A DNA stretch of 49,513 bases from Octopus bimaculoides (lineage: Eukaryota), in NCBI RefSeq assembly GCF_001194135.2, contig NC_068987.1:95129310-95178822 (forward strand). The letters run 5' to 3'. Made by a program: the position numbers and the translations under genes. Numbering within the stretch: position 1 is the first letter of the stretch; the number at the start of each line of letters is the position of its first letter. Under the pieces are notes generated by a model, which saw only the letters and a list, made by a program, of their open reading frames with translations, was not told where the DNA came from and ran no database searches. Below, in pieces: positions 12,271 to 24,774 of this stretch.

Positions 12271-13500
12271 TTGAAGAAGGTGATTAGGGACTGGCCACAG
12301 GAGAAAGTGTTTCTCTTCAGACCCGTTAGTCACGTACACCTTACGACTTCTGTTGTCATGACCACCAAGCATATAAGAACCGGCTATTGTTCCCGGTTAA
12401 AAGAAAGCGGCGGAGAAATGTTTACAATGGATTTAGTTGATATCCGGTTCTGTTTTACACGCGACAGCAAGTGTTTAGCATAAACCACAGTTCAGGAATG
12501 TTTGGACACAAAACGAGTGAGAGCAGGACGGTCTTGTCGCCCTGTGCACATCTCGGACTTGCTCGGCTGATATCACTTTGCATGTCCGGAAGTTATCCAT
12601 CGGCCCTGGGTCGAAAGTTATCCGAAAAAGAGATGTTAATTAATCGTTCCCGACGCCCAGGGTTTCCTCGTGAAAGTCGTCTTTTTTGCCCGCCCCTTAT
12701 CCTCTTTAGAATGCGAAAGTGGATTTTTCACCTATCGTAGTAATCGACTGGCTGGTGGCTGTGAGCTTTTGAAGACATTCCACTTTTCAAGAGCGCCCTT
12801 TCAGTCTTTGTTTGACTCAAGGCTGCATTTCCGTCAAAGGTGGGAGCTGGAGAAACACGTGTCTGGCGAACGAGTCCTAACTTGTTCACCTTTAAGGAAG
12901 CACTGGATATGTAGCATCAGCACATTTTAGCGCATCATTAGCCATAGCGTGCCCAATCACTCCGTAGAAGGTGTTAAAAGCAGATGGAGCGCCTAAGCAT
13001 GAGAATGCAATTCTTCCACGCGAAACGAAAGTGCATACACTCCAGTGTAGCACACGGTGACCAGAACAGGACAGGACGGTCAGGAGGTGGCAAGTGACGG
13101 ACGCCACGTACGCATCGCCAACTCGGGAGTAGCTTCCTCTCGGCTCATATTTTTGTTTGTGAGAGTAGCCACCATGCTCGTTACCTCGTCCCACCTTTTG
13201 TCCATCTGAAGGTTCGAATTGAACTAAACCCCGAGCAATTCAACTGGCCCGTCCGTCCAGCGCCCAACGACGTAGTTGGACATGATCTTGCTTCTGCAGA
13301 TACTAAGCTGCAAGCCCACTGACTTTCCGTGCATAATTTTCTCTCCTGATACCGCTTCGTACTCCCGGAAAAATGTGCTGATTATCTAAATGCATTTGGA
13401 TTTCGACAATACTACGGTGTCTCCGACATCTTAGTGAAGGCGAGATGCCTCTCGATGTCTCTAGCTTGTGCAGTATTTGCTCGAGAGCCAGTAAGTGGCG
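12270..13500 (-). mobile_element. L1/Tx1-like LINE fragment 2, a diverged paralog directly upstream of fragment 1
   Basis: Minus strand gives LLALEQILHKL, SVGLQL, ELLGV*FNSNLQMDKRWDEVT and the C-terminal SPRCAQGDKTVLLSLVLCP. It is homologous to 11270-12270 and to 45840-46200. Confidence 0.75.
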
Positions 13501-13924
13501 AGAAGAGACTTCTTTGACGGACCGAATGCATGATATTGAACGATATTGATCAAACGATATTGGTCAAAAGTGTGCAAGACAATGGCAACATACTAAAGAA
13601 GGAAAAAAAGCATCCCCCTCCCCCAAAATGGATTTGTTTTCCGTCTCACACCAGATTTGTTGGATTATTTCAGCGATAATGAAAGACAAGGGAGAGCACT
13701 GACAATCGGGTTGTCAATGTTAGTTTGGAAAACGCAGAATTATCGATCGAAAAAGCTAAGCAATTTATTTCTCTACCATTTTAGTTCTACATGACTTTCT
13801 AACGATGTTGATGGGACTTTGACGTGTACGTGCGCGCGCGCGCGTATGTATGTGTGTGCGAACATGTGTACGTGTTTATGCGTGAGTGAGTGTGTATGTA
13901 TACACACAAATAACAATACACGTG

Positions 13925-13992
<68 letters not shown>

Positions 13993-14046
13993 TACACACA
14001 CGCACACACACACACACTATGTGTAATTGCTAAATGAATTCTCAAT

Positions 14047-14261
14047 TTATTGAATTATGTTCTGATAGGTTAGTCGCCGTAATTAGAACAAGGATAATAA
14101 ATACAGAATTGAGTTCCACTTGAAAGAGATCTCATCCGATTATCTTTTACAATAGTTTCTTAGTCGACAAGTTTATTGAAACGGAATTCTTAACAGACCA
14201 GCACGGACGTTGTCATGGTTTTAATTTTTCCTTTATTGAAATTATGTATTTCAAAGTTTTC
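14047..14261 (+). repeat. Left arm of a 215-bp inverted repeat
   Basis: Equals the reverse complement of 15220-15434 apart from 2 substitutions (manual base-by-base comparison). Confidence 0.95.
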
Positions 14262-14311
14262 TTGTGAATTCATTATTTTGGAGGATGACTTGAAGGAATG
14301 CTATGTTAAGT

Positions 14312-14890
14312 ATATATAATGTGCGATGGATATATTACCGCAATATTATATTTTTAATTTTGCGCATGCGCATATTTGTTTTTTTATTTTGTCGACTACA
14401 CAGTAGAGTGGAGTCAGTTGGTCACAGTATGTGAGAAAAAAAAAAAACAGCACCATGACGCAATTTATTCTGCCAGAAATTTGGAAACGACATGCTGTAC
14501 TGCTTGACATTCGCGCCTGAAGCTCCAATAAGAACATTTCAGAGTGTTTGGGTGTCGATGTGAGGACAGTGCAAGCTGAGGACAGTACAAGCTGAGGACA
14601 TGTACCCAGAGGGATAAAAGTCAAGCATCCAGTCAACATCATGGCGTTTGGAGGGATCAAGGGATCACCAATGATGGCGATGTTATGCCTCCGTTCATCT
14701 TCCCATACAGCCTCAGACTCAACAGGGAGGCCTACATCACGTGCCTAGAAGAGATAGTGCTGCCCTGGGTGTAAATGGTGGCTGCTGGAAGACCCAACTT
14801 CTGGCAACAGGACTCTGCACCATGCCACACAAACAGGAGAACCCAGTCATGACTGTCAGACAATTTCTGCGACCACATCACCCCTAACAT
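14312..14890 (+). mobile_element. Internally deleted Tc1/mariner-superfamily transposon remnant
   Basis: N-terminal MTQFILPEIWKRHAVLLDIRA*SSNKNISECLGVDVRTVQ (HTH-like) is joined to KHPVNIMAFG...MPPFIFP...AYITCLEEIVLPW...WQQDSAPCHT (catalytic domain, 14802-14828). It is truncated before the third catalytic residue. Confidence 0.85.
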
Positions 14891-15205
14891 CGCTCCTTCT
14901 CATCCATAGCCGCCGGCCTTTTGTATCTCTCTTGGCGTTTGTAACTCTTGCAAATTGATTGTACATTTTTTTTCTTATCCCACGTTGTTTCTTTCTTCTT
15001 TCCTTTTTTTCTCTTCCTCTTTAAATTTTCCTTTCTTTACACAATTATCAGTTTTAATAACGCCAGACTTCTTCACATGTTTCAACATTGGTTCAGTGGT
15101 ATTTTTTACATATCATCCTAAGCTGTTTTCCTCTCTGTCGATACAATCCTAGCAACTGATCAAAACTTTTCAATCCTTTCTTCTCGGCAAATACAGCCTA
15201 TCAGT
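14890..15205 (-). mobile_element. R4/Dong-like RLE LINE internal fragment
   Basis: Minus strand with frameshifts gives DRLYLPRRK...EENSLG*YVKNTTEPMLKHV...KKMYNQFAR...WMRRSDV, the region between RT and the zinc knuckle. Confidence 0.75.
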
Positions 15206-15219
15206 GTCACTCTTAGAGT

Positions 15220-15434
15220 GAAAACTTTGAAATACATAATTTCAGTAAAGGAAAAATTAAAACCATGACAACCTCCGTGCTGGTCTGTTAAGAATTCCGT
15301 TTCAATAAACTTGTCGACTAAGAAACTATTGTAAAAGATAATCGGATGAGATCTCTTTCAAGTGGAACTCAATTCTGTATTTATTATCCTTGTTCTAATT
15401 ACGGCGACTAACCTATCAGAACATAATTCAATAA
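15220..15434 (-). repeat. Right arm of the 215-bp inverted repeat
   Basis: Reverse complement of 14047-14261 with 2 mismatches. Confidence 0.95.
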
Positions 15435-16819
15435 TTCCCGTGCCCTGACAATATTCTTCTCGTCTTCATAACCATGTTCATCAGTTCTTTCTTTTGCTAG
15501 TTTATGACGTTTACTGGTACTATTTGTATCGATACCATTTGGTGTGTTGTACAAATATTATAATGTTTGACCTCAAGTTAGCTGCAGTGGAATGAAGTTT
15601 TAAAAATGTGTTCGAAATAATAGAAATAACCCGCGTTTTAGTCTCACAATACGTGGCTCACTTGCTTTATGCATATCTTCAACATTACTAAACTATATCC
15701 ATCGGACGAGAATGTTTCATCAGTAGAAATTAGTGAATCATTAGCCATCCTTACAGTGTTGTTAACTATACTGACCAGTTATTCCAGTTTTTGCAACCTA
15801 ACTACACTGAGCTAGGAAGGAAGAACTGTCTGTTATTTCGACTTCACTTCAATCAGCCATAAATCACGAGAGATAAAGAAGGAGAAGAATATAGATGTAA
15901 ATTAATACATACGTCAATATGGAGAATTAAATAAGAAAGGGTACGATGTGGTTCGCGCGCGCGCGTTGGTGTGTGAGTGCATGCGTCAAATGCAAATATG
16001 AGGGAGTGAAAGAAAACTGTAAGCGAACAAAATGCTGCTATGTATGTATGAAACCTATTCACAGATGTAGTAAAGAAAGATAAGCCAAAGTAAGGACGTA
16101 TATCAGCTTTCTTTTGATCATACGGCAAATGTCAGAAAATGTTACCAATGCTTCTATTGACAATCACAGACCAACATTCTCAGACATTTTTACCTCTCCA
16201 CAACCTTCAATGGACACTTTTATCTTTATTTTTCTTTCTCTCTTTCTTTTCTTTCTCTCTTTCTTTCTTCCTTTCTTTATCTATCTATTTGTCTGCATCT
16301 CGCATATACACACACACACACTCACAGACTACACAACGCAAACTCTATTTCTCTTTCAGACTGTTGATTACTAAGATTAATCTTCTCTAGTTTGTTCTTC
16401 AAATACAATTCAGCATCGCAGTTATGGTGAAAGTATGTTTGTGTGTTTGTAGATGCACATGCGCACGAGCGTAAACACACACACACACACACGCACACAC
16501 ACGCACGCAAATATGTGTACCAATCCTATGTTTCACTCCTTCTTGCTCTCCCTCAATGCTATCCTAAAAGCAAGAAAATCCTTGTCTCATAGACAGGAAG
16601 TCTCGAAAGGAGATTCTCATGTCGGATACAATCGAAACTTTTGGTGATATTGAAGGAAACAACACTACTTTCACCAAATTCTTCTAATGCACGTTGCCAC
16701 TGGTGGGTGACTAACGAGACTCAGATCTCCAGTAGATCTGGTTGGTTTTACGAAATTCGTACTGGGAGATGTTAAGAAGAAAGCGCGCGCGAGAGAGAGA
16801 GAGAAAGAGAGAGAGAGAA

Positions 16820-16852
<33 letters not shown>

Positions 16853-17029
16853 AAGCGAGAGAGAGAAAAGGGTGAACTAAAGGGATTCGAGGTGTTGAAG
16901 GGTGTCATTGTTAATGAGTGTCTCCCCCCCCCCCCCCCACCGCAAGAGGGCGAGAGTGGCTAGGATCAGAGAGGTCTTTTTTGTTAAGGATGAAATGCAT
17001 TGTAAACGTGTTTGCAAAGATCAAAATAA

Positions 17030-17530
17030 ATCGCCGTAGAGAAGGACAGTTTGGTGAGTATAGGTACTAGCTCTACTGCGTTATGATTGTATTGAAAGGA
17101 GCATTGTTAAGTCAGGTGACCTTGTTCGCTTTAAGTAACTGAAAGTATTTCTGCATTTAGCATGTTCTGATACGGATAAATCTGGATGGGATGAGGGAGA
17201 TAAAATTCGATATTTTCGAGTAGGTTCAGTGTAGAGTTGCCTGCAAAGAGGGCAGCGGACAGTGAGGTTAGACGTAACCATTTGTGGTTTGGATAATGGT
17301 CTCGCAGATTTTTTTGTTAATAAACGCCACACAGTATTTTAGTGAGTGGGTTCGTTTCGCCAGACACTGGAGGTAGGAATTCGTATTTTATATGAAACGC
17401 TTCAGTACAACTATCAGAGAACCACTTGAAGGACTTGAGGTATTGGAATTTTTGTTGTGGGCGTGATGTGGTGTGACACTCAGAAGTATAGTTCCGGTCA
17501 TCTTCCTGGCTGTTTTTGATGAATGAAAAG
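17030..17530 (-). mobile_element. CR1/L2-like (APE-RT) LINE fragment, pre-RT linker
   Basis: Minus strand with frameshifts gives KWFSDSCTEAFHIK (PWF..C..A motif), LFAGNSTL and ELVPILTKL. Heavily decayed. Confidence 0.6.
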
Positions 17531-18037
17531 TGAAGCAGATGAGGAGACATTTTCCGTTTTCTATTGATTGTTTGAAAGCTAAAAAGTAATCACAGATATT
17601 TGGAGTATCCGAGCATCAAACTGCATTGCGTACGCGTTACTGAGGAGGTTAATAAAGAAAAATTAGGCGAGTCAAAGAGTCAGTTTTTGGTTCAGTTGCG
17701 TCGGTGTAGGATGAGTCAAAGATGAAGTCACCGATGCCAAACGATCAGTCATGGTGTGTAAACGTGTGTTTGCGCACGAGCGCGTACGTATATAGATACT
17801 ACTGGCATGAAGTATATTTGCGTGTATGTGTGCACTTGCACGAATGTGCATATGTACTGGGATGTAGAGCAACTGGTCAGCAGTATCTGCATCGTCCATC
17901 CCCTGCAAAGCGATCAACACGTGGAATTCGGTCGGTCTTTAGCTTCACCCCTCTTACTTAAATGCTTACAACAAACCATGTTTTACACCTTAACGACAGC
18001 AACCTCCGCTCCTTTCTCTCCGATCTGTTTTTTCCTC

Positions 18038-18077
<40 letters not shown>

Positions 18078-18159
18078 ATTTCCATCAAATCTTACATCCA
18101 CTCCCACATATTTGCCCTCATTCCTCCCTTTTATATTCTTATCTTTTATTCTTTTATTC

Positions 18160-18547
18160 TTTTTACTTGTTTCAGTCATTTAACAGGGGCCATACTGGAG
18201 CACCACCTTTTAGTCGAAGAAATCGCCCCCTGGACTTATTCATTGTAAGCCTGGTAGTTATTCTAGCGGTCTTTTGGCAGAACTGCTAAGTTACGGGGAC
18301 GTAAACACACCAACGTCGGTTGTCAATAAATGGTGGGGGAGTAAATGCAGAAATAAAGACACATAAATATATACACATATATACGACAGGCTTCTTTCAG
18401 TTTCCGTCTACCAAATCCACTCACAAAGCTTTGGTTGGCCCGAGGCTATAGTAGAAGACACTTGCCCAAGGCGCCACGCAGTGGGACCGAACCCAGAACC
18501 ATGTGGTTGGGAAGCAAGCTTCTTACCACACAACCATACCTGCGCCT
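18160..18547 (-). mobile_element. Full-length tRNA-derived SINE
   Basis: The reverse complement begins GGCGCAGGTATGGTTGTGTGGTAAGAAGCTTGC...GGTTCGGTCCC (A and B boxes). The body runs CCTTGGGCAAGTGTCTTCTACTATAGCC...GGTAGACGGAAACTGAAAGAAGCC and ends ...GACTGAAACAAGTAAAA. Confidence 0.88.
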
Positions 18548-18639
18548 TGACCTTTTTCTTGTTTCGAACTTTTGTTTTTTTTTTATTCTGTAATTCTAAC
18601 CTTTCTCTTCGCTTCAGATCATATCTGCGGTGAGTTCAG

Positions 18640-18975
18640 GTGGAAATTTCCTGCGACAATATAACCTTACATCTGAGGGCGGGACATCATTAATTTTCAA
18701 GAGGAGACTAGCAAGCCATTTGAATTCATTTAAAAACACAAACAAAATGTTCCAAACGAGTATTAGCAAATTAATCTGGTCTTTTAAGGACAATAACAAA
18801 CACTCTACCATTAAATGGGAATTAATTTGTATTACAAAACCATACAGGCCTGGAACCAATAGATGTGACCTATGTTTAGAAGAATTTTACCGGGTAATGT
18901 AATAAATTTTAGACAGGAACTAACACTCAGATGCTTGCACATGAGGAAATTCACATTTGCCCAGTATGAATGAAT
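18640..18975 (+). mobile_element. Penelope-like element, C-terminal GIY-YIG endonuclease fragment
   Basis: Translates to FKRRLASHLNSFK...TSISKLIWSFKD...IKWELI...PYRPGTNRCDLCLEE, then ELTLRCLHMRKF. This is the characteristic PLE endonuclease tail. Confidence 0.85.
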
Positions 18976-19147
18976 AATAAACATTTAAACAATGGAAGGT
19001 TTTCAAGTAATGGTCTATAAATGATTATCCAATAAAAACTTGAAATGGAGATTGTTCGCGTCTAACTTAACGGACAGCTCTACATCATACAACGCAGAGC
19101 CGATAAAAGAAAATCTTTAAACGGCTACATCGAAGGATATCAGGCAA

Positions 19148-19226
19148 AGACCCAGAAGACTGCACCAGTGTTTTATAGTAGGATTGCAACCGTTGCTAAT
19201 CGGTGCAGTTTAAACATGTGTTGGTG
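19148..19226 (+). ncRNA. Degenerate hammerhead-ribozyme-like motif in the putative PLE pLTR
   Basis: CAGAAGA (19153-19159, compare CUGANGA), stem CTGCACC/GGTGCAG, TAAAC (compare GAAAC) and palindromic ACATGT. It lies about 180 bp downstream of the GIY-YIG fragment. Confidence 0.45.
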
Positions 19227-19306
19227 TATGTAAAGCAGTAAATATATTAAAAGAATTAATGTAATGCTGGGCAACATCGCAGTAATCCTTAATGTTAATA
19301 TTGTTG

Positions 19307-19344
<38 letters not shown>

Positions 19345-19429
19345 TTCGTTGCTATATTTCAAGGCACACTTATCGTTATGAAAATTAGTGTTATGAAAAT
19401 GGGGGTTCACAGATTATATTTAAACTAAC

Positions 19430-19731
19430 ATCCTTCGGTTACAACGATAAGGGTTTCAGTTGATCTGCTTAAGAAACTAACGTGCGAGTGGCTGAGCACG
19501 CCTCAGATATGCATATCCTTAACGTAGTTCTCTGGGAGTCTCAGCATGGCACATAATGTGACAAGTTTGCTCCTATGGACTATAGGAACAACTCGTTTTT
19601 CGCAACTGAGTGGACGGGTGCAACGTGAAATAAAGTGTCTTGCTTAAGTACACAGTGCACCGCTAGGAATTGAACTCACGACCTTACGATCCTAAGCCGA
19701 ATACTCTAATCTCTAAGCCACAGGCTTTCAC
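19430..19731 (-). mobile_element. Diverged tRNA-derived SINE
   Basis: The plus strand ends GGAATTGAACTCACGACC...CTAAGCCAC, the reverse complement of a tRNA-like head with B and A boxes. The body contains GTGAAATAAAGTGTCTTGCTTAAG. Confidence 0.7.
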
Positions 19732-19855
19732 ACAGATTATGTAGTGTCATGCTGTAACAAATTTTGACGAGTGGTGTTTGTGAACAGAGACATTCCTGGG
19801 CAAAACACCATCAACAACAGCAAGTATTAAACATATACAAAACATCTAACATCAT

Positions 19856-19956
19856 CCCTCCACATCACCCCTTCCACATCGACCCCTCTATATCACCCCT
19901 TCCACATCGACCCCCTCCACATTGACCCCTCCACATCGACCCCCTCTACATCACCC
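19856..19956. repeat. Minisatellite, about 14-15-bp unit (CCCTCCACATCGAC-like), about 7 copies
   Basis: Visible imperfect tandem array. Confidence 0.85.
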
Positions 19957-20049
19957 CGGCAACAACTGACATCCTAAACAGGAACAGTGCAATTGTTACA
20001 GTCACAAAGAAAACTAATTCAATCTCTACATTAAAATGTTTATGGAAGT

Positions 20050-20053
20050 GGGC

Positions 20054-20084
<31 letters not shown>

Positions 20085-20347
20085 CACCACCACCACTACT
20101 TACACCACCACCACCACTACCACCACCACCACCACNNNNNNNNNNNNNNNNNNNNNNNNNNNNNNNNNNNNNNNNNNNNNNNNNNNNNNNNNNNNNNNNN
20201 NNNNNNNNNNNNNNNNNNNNNNNNNNNNNNNNNNNNNNNNNNNNNNNNNNNNNNNNNNNNNNNNNNNNNNNNNNNNNNNNNNNNNNNNNNNNNNNNNNNN
20301 NNNNNNNNNNNNNNNNNNCTACTACTACTACCACCACTACTATTTTG

Positions 20348-20386
<39 letters not shown>

Positions 20387-20640
20387 TTGCTACTACTGCT
20401 GCTGCTACTACCACTACTACTATTTTTGCTGCTGCTACTACTACCACTACTACTATTTTTGCTGCTACTACTACTACTATTACTACTATTTTGCTACTAC
20501 TACTACTACTACTTTTGCTACTACTGCTGCTGCTACTACCACTACTACTATTTTTGCTGCTACTACTACTACTATTACTACTATTTTGCAACTACTACTA
20601 CTACTACTACTACTACTACGACACCGACGACGACGACGGC
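20050..20640. repeat. Compound (CTA)/(CCA)/(CTG) trinucleotide array punctuated by TTTTG, spanning an N gap
   Basis: Visible. Confidence 0.92.
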
Positions 20641-20882
20641 TTCTAACCCTACATTCATCCTTAACCTTCAGCAATTTCCTTCCTAAACTCCATTCTACCC
20701 GTCGCTGTTACATCGACCATTTCCACTTTCACCTGCCCAATTTAATTAACATCCCCTCCGTCTACACCATGAATGAGGAAGATCCCTCAATTAGCTTGCT
20801 AGAAATAACAGTCAAATAGTCTTCAAATTATGCCTTTCAGTCTTTAAACAAAACAAAATTTTAAAAATAACAAGCAAGAACG

Positions 20883-20886
<4 letters not shown>

Positions 20887-20967
<81 letters not shown>
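20887..20967. repeat. (AG)n microsatellite
   Basis: Visible. Confidence 0.97.
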
Positions 20968-20968
<1 letters not shown>

Positions 20969-21547
20969 CGGTAACAACATTATTAGTGAATGAAAGACTG
21001 CATATTCAGTCATTGTATAAACAGCGTCCATCAAAAATCTGCGCAATAAATGCTGACCTGGGGATAGACAAAACAACATCGAAAGCCTCGACTCCAGCAC
21101 AGCCAAACCCCATTACCACATCGGCAATCAAAACTAACACCATTTCTAAGAGCATCGGCATTAGAACCGAGATCATGTAACAGACTAGAGCTAAAACAAC
21201 TATCTACACCACCACCTGCACCACCAGTATTTTGACCAGAATCATTATTAGGTACACAGACCAAAACTATCTCCATTGCTAATGCTAGCCAAAAGCATAA
21301 AAGCATTGTATTAAAAAGCAAGAATCCAATAATAATCCGATAGAAGTCTATTAGCAGCGGAAATTCGCCATTTTATACTCTCCAGGAATAACAAGAACTG
21401 ATCAAAATAGAAAGTATTTGATGATGAATGAAGATAAATGTGCATAACATATATATATCAGACTATACAAGCATGTATTTGTATGCGAGTATATTTCTAT
21501 GCATGTATATCATATGTACGTATGTGTATGTATGTATGTTATGTATG

Positions 21548-21662
<115 letters not shown>

Positions 21663-22435
21663 GCATATATGTTTCTAGATACACCTATGTATGATAGACA
21701 TAGATTCATGCATGCACACGCTTACATATATATGTACGTATCTACACTTCAAGTATGAGTGTATCCAATGTTAAACTTCTCTTCTATTCGTTATATATTT
21801 TCTGTTTATCGATTATTTTCCTCTTCACTCTCCCAAATTATTTGTAGCAATTAATAACACATTCCTCTTGTGACCAATTCATTGAATCTGTAATACATTA
21901 CGATCTGGGACGATCAAAATAAATCAATTTCTCTTTCCCACACGTTCTCACACTCTCTCTCTAACTCTCTGCCTTTTTGCTACTTCCTCTCTCCGGCACC
22001 TGCTTTTAATCTCTCTCTCACTCCATACCTGTCCTCAACGAAAAGACTATTTTTGTGCAGACTATCCAATAAGTTGAAAAGAGAAACTAGAAATAAGGAA
22101 AGCATCTAAACAGATGAAAATAGCAGATTTAATTATTTATATCTTCATCTCACTCACGTTCGCTCCCAGCCTTCTCTCGCTCACTGTCTTTATTTGTCTT
22201 GTCTGTTTGTTTGTCTCTGTCTGTCTGCATGTTTGTCTCTCTCTGAAGCTTCGCATAGATATAATTCTTTAACAAGAGTAGCATTAACAGTGATTTCGAA
22301 GTTTTAGGCAGCCAAACTATTCTTGTTAATAATTCCCACTACTAAAATATACAGTAACACTTAGGGTTAATGTAAAATTGTTTCTTTTTATTAAAACTGA
22401 ACATGAGAACTAACATTTGTATATATATATATATC

Positions 22436-22497
<62 letters not shown>

Positions 22498-22509
22498 AAA
22501 TTTGCATAT

Positions 22510-22745
22510 GTGGAGCTGTGTGTCATAACATGTTGTCCTTACGATCATAATACTGCGGTTTCGATTCCTGGACCAGGCGATGCGTTGTGTTCATCAATAA
22601 AGCACTTCATTTCATGATCCTTCATTCTACACGGCTGGCAAAAGTCAGTTATTCTGCGACGGGCCAGCATCCCGTCCAAGGCAAGAAGATATACGCCACA
22701 GAATCCAGTAACCGCTATGATTCTATATGATTCAGGAAGGAACAC
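22510..22745 (+). mobile_element. Highly diverged tRNA-derived SINE
   Basis: B-box GGTTTCGATTCCTGG followed by GGCGATGCGTTGTG and GCGACGGGCCAGCATCCCGTCCAAGG, similar to the body of the 3402-3720 SINE. Confidence 0.65.
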
Positions 22746-23578
22746 NNNNNNNNNNNNNNNNNNNNNNNNNNNNNNNNNNNNNNNNNNNNNNNNNNNNNNN
22801 NNNNNNNNNNNNNNNNNNNNNNNNNNNNNNNNNNNNNNNNNNNNNNNNNNNNNNNNNNNNNNNNNNNNNNNNNNNNNNNNNNNNNNNNNNNNNNNNNNNN
22901 NNNNNNNNNNNNNNNNNNNNNNNNNNNNNNNNNNNNNNNNNNNNNNNNNNNNNNNNNNNNNNNNNNNNNNNNNNNNNNNNNNNNNNNNNNNNNNNNNNNN
23001 NNNNNNNNNNNNNNNNNNNNNNNNNNNNNNNNNNNNNNNNNNNNNNNNNNNNNNNNNNNNNNNNNNNNNNNNNNNNNNNNNNNNNNNNNNNNNNNNNNNN
23101 NNNNNNNNNNNNNNNNNNNNNNNNNNNNNNNNNNNNNNNNNNNNNNNNNNNNNNNNNNNNNNNNNNNNNNNNNNNNNNNNNNNNNNNNNNNNNNNNNNNN
23201 NNNNNNNNNNNNNNNNNNNNNNNNNNNNNNNNNNNNNNNNNNNNNNNNNNNNNNNNNNNNNNNNNNNNNNNNNNNNNNNNNNNNNNNNNNNNNNNNNNNN
23301 NNNNNNNNNNNNNNNNNNNNNNNNNNNNNNNNNNNNNNNNNNNNNNNNNNNNNNNNNNNNNNNNNNNNNNNNNNNNNNNNNNNNNNNNNNNNNNNNNNNN
23401 NNNNNNNNNNNNNNNNNNNNNNNNNNNNNNNNNNNNNNNNNNNNNNNNNNNNNNNNNNNNNNNNNNNNNNNNNNNATAAAACAAAACAATAAATGGAGCA
23501 AGAACGTAACAGGCGACAACAAAACATTCGGACAGTTAGACCACACAAAAAAAAAAGGATATATATATATATATATAT

Positions 23579-23615
<37 letters not shown>

Positions 23616-23757
23616 GACATGCATATGAACTTGCAGACATAAATGAATTTACATGCATACATCTATGTATACATGCATACTTGCGCATAAACCCGAAACG
23701 GGATATAGTTATACCGGAAACGAAAGGATACTACAAAATAATATCAGGTATCATACA

Positions 23758-23829
<72 letters not shown>

Positions 23830-24212
23830 GTGTGTATGCGTGCGTGCGTGTGTGTACCGTTAATAATAGGATCAACAAAAATGCAGTCGATCCAGTGAGA
23901 GATTACTGTAGCTTCTGCCGAAGTTACAGCAACGCTACATCTTAGCATAACTGAAAAGTCTTCTTATACTAACGTGTGTGACTTGATGTTGATTTGGTTA
24001 ATGTTTCTTGCAAGTCGAACGACAAGGCAAAGGAATGGTAGTGGTGTTGTTTGGTGGAATATTGTTTGCTTTAGCAGTTAGTACTGTCATACTTAGTGAA
24101 CTGCTGTTAAAGCAATAAAACAATCCGTAGACCACAACGTGCTTACATAATACACACACGCACACACATATACACATACATACATACATACATACATACA
24201 TACATACATACA

Positions 24213-24244
<32 letters not shown>

Positions 24245-24449
24245 CAACAAATGCGTTCAAATGATTTAAACTTACCCCCCGAAATCTACGGAGGATTGTC
24301 ATCTGTAATACTTTTCAGTCTTTGCTTTTCTCTCTCTTTACATATATATGTACATATATATNNNNNNNNNNNNNNNNNNNNNNNNNNNNNNNNNNNNNNN
24401 NNNNNNNNNNNNNNNNNNNNNNNNNNNNNNNNNNNNNNNNNTATATACA

Positions 24450-24560
24450 GACATATACACACTAGCACTGACCACATCTCAGTCCCACATCCTCACACTT
24501 GCACATACACACTAGCACTTACCACTTCTCAGTCCCACATCCTCACACTTACACATACAC
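24450..24560. repeat. Two-copy tandem repeat of about 54 bp
   Basis: CATACACACTAGCACT.ACCAC.TCTCAGTCCCACATCCTCACACTT occurs twice in tandem. Confidence 0.85.
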
Positions 24561-24774
24561 ACACGCACACGTCAAGGTCACCAGCCCTCTTCCACACGCA
24601 CATGCATACTTTCTTATACGCACGCACGCGCACCTTTGTTTTCGGATCACCACTTCTTTATTATCTCCCCTTCTTCCTAGCTCTCCTGTCTGACCCTTCT
24701 GTCCGGCATTCACCATGATAGATCGCTAGCCATTACACATTCTTTATTTTCTCTCCTTGTTTCTTTCTGTGTTC

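Noticed and set aside
19856-19956. Regularly spaced short repeats resembling an array
   Set aside because: There are no unique spacers, so this is a simple minisatellite and not CRISPR. The context is eukaryotic with no cas genes.
20760-21120. Possible CR1/L2 C-terminal remnant (SISLLEITVK; SLYKQRPS) split by (AG)n
   Set aside because: The similarity is marginal by eye and needs tBLASTn.
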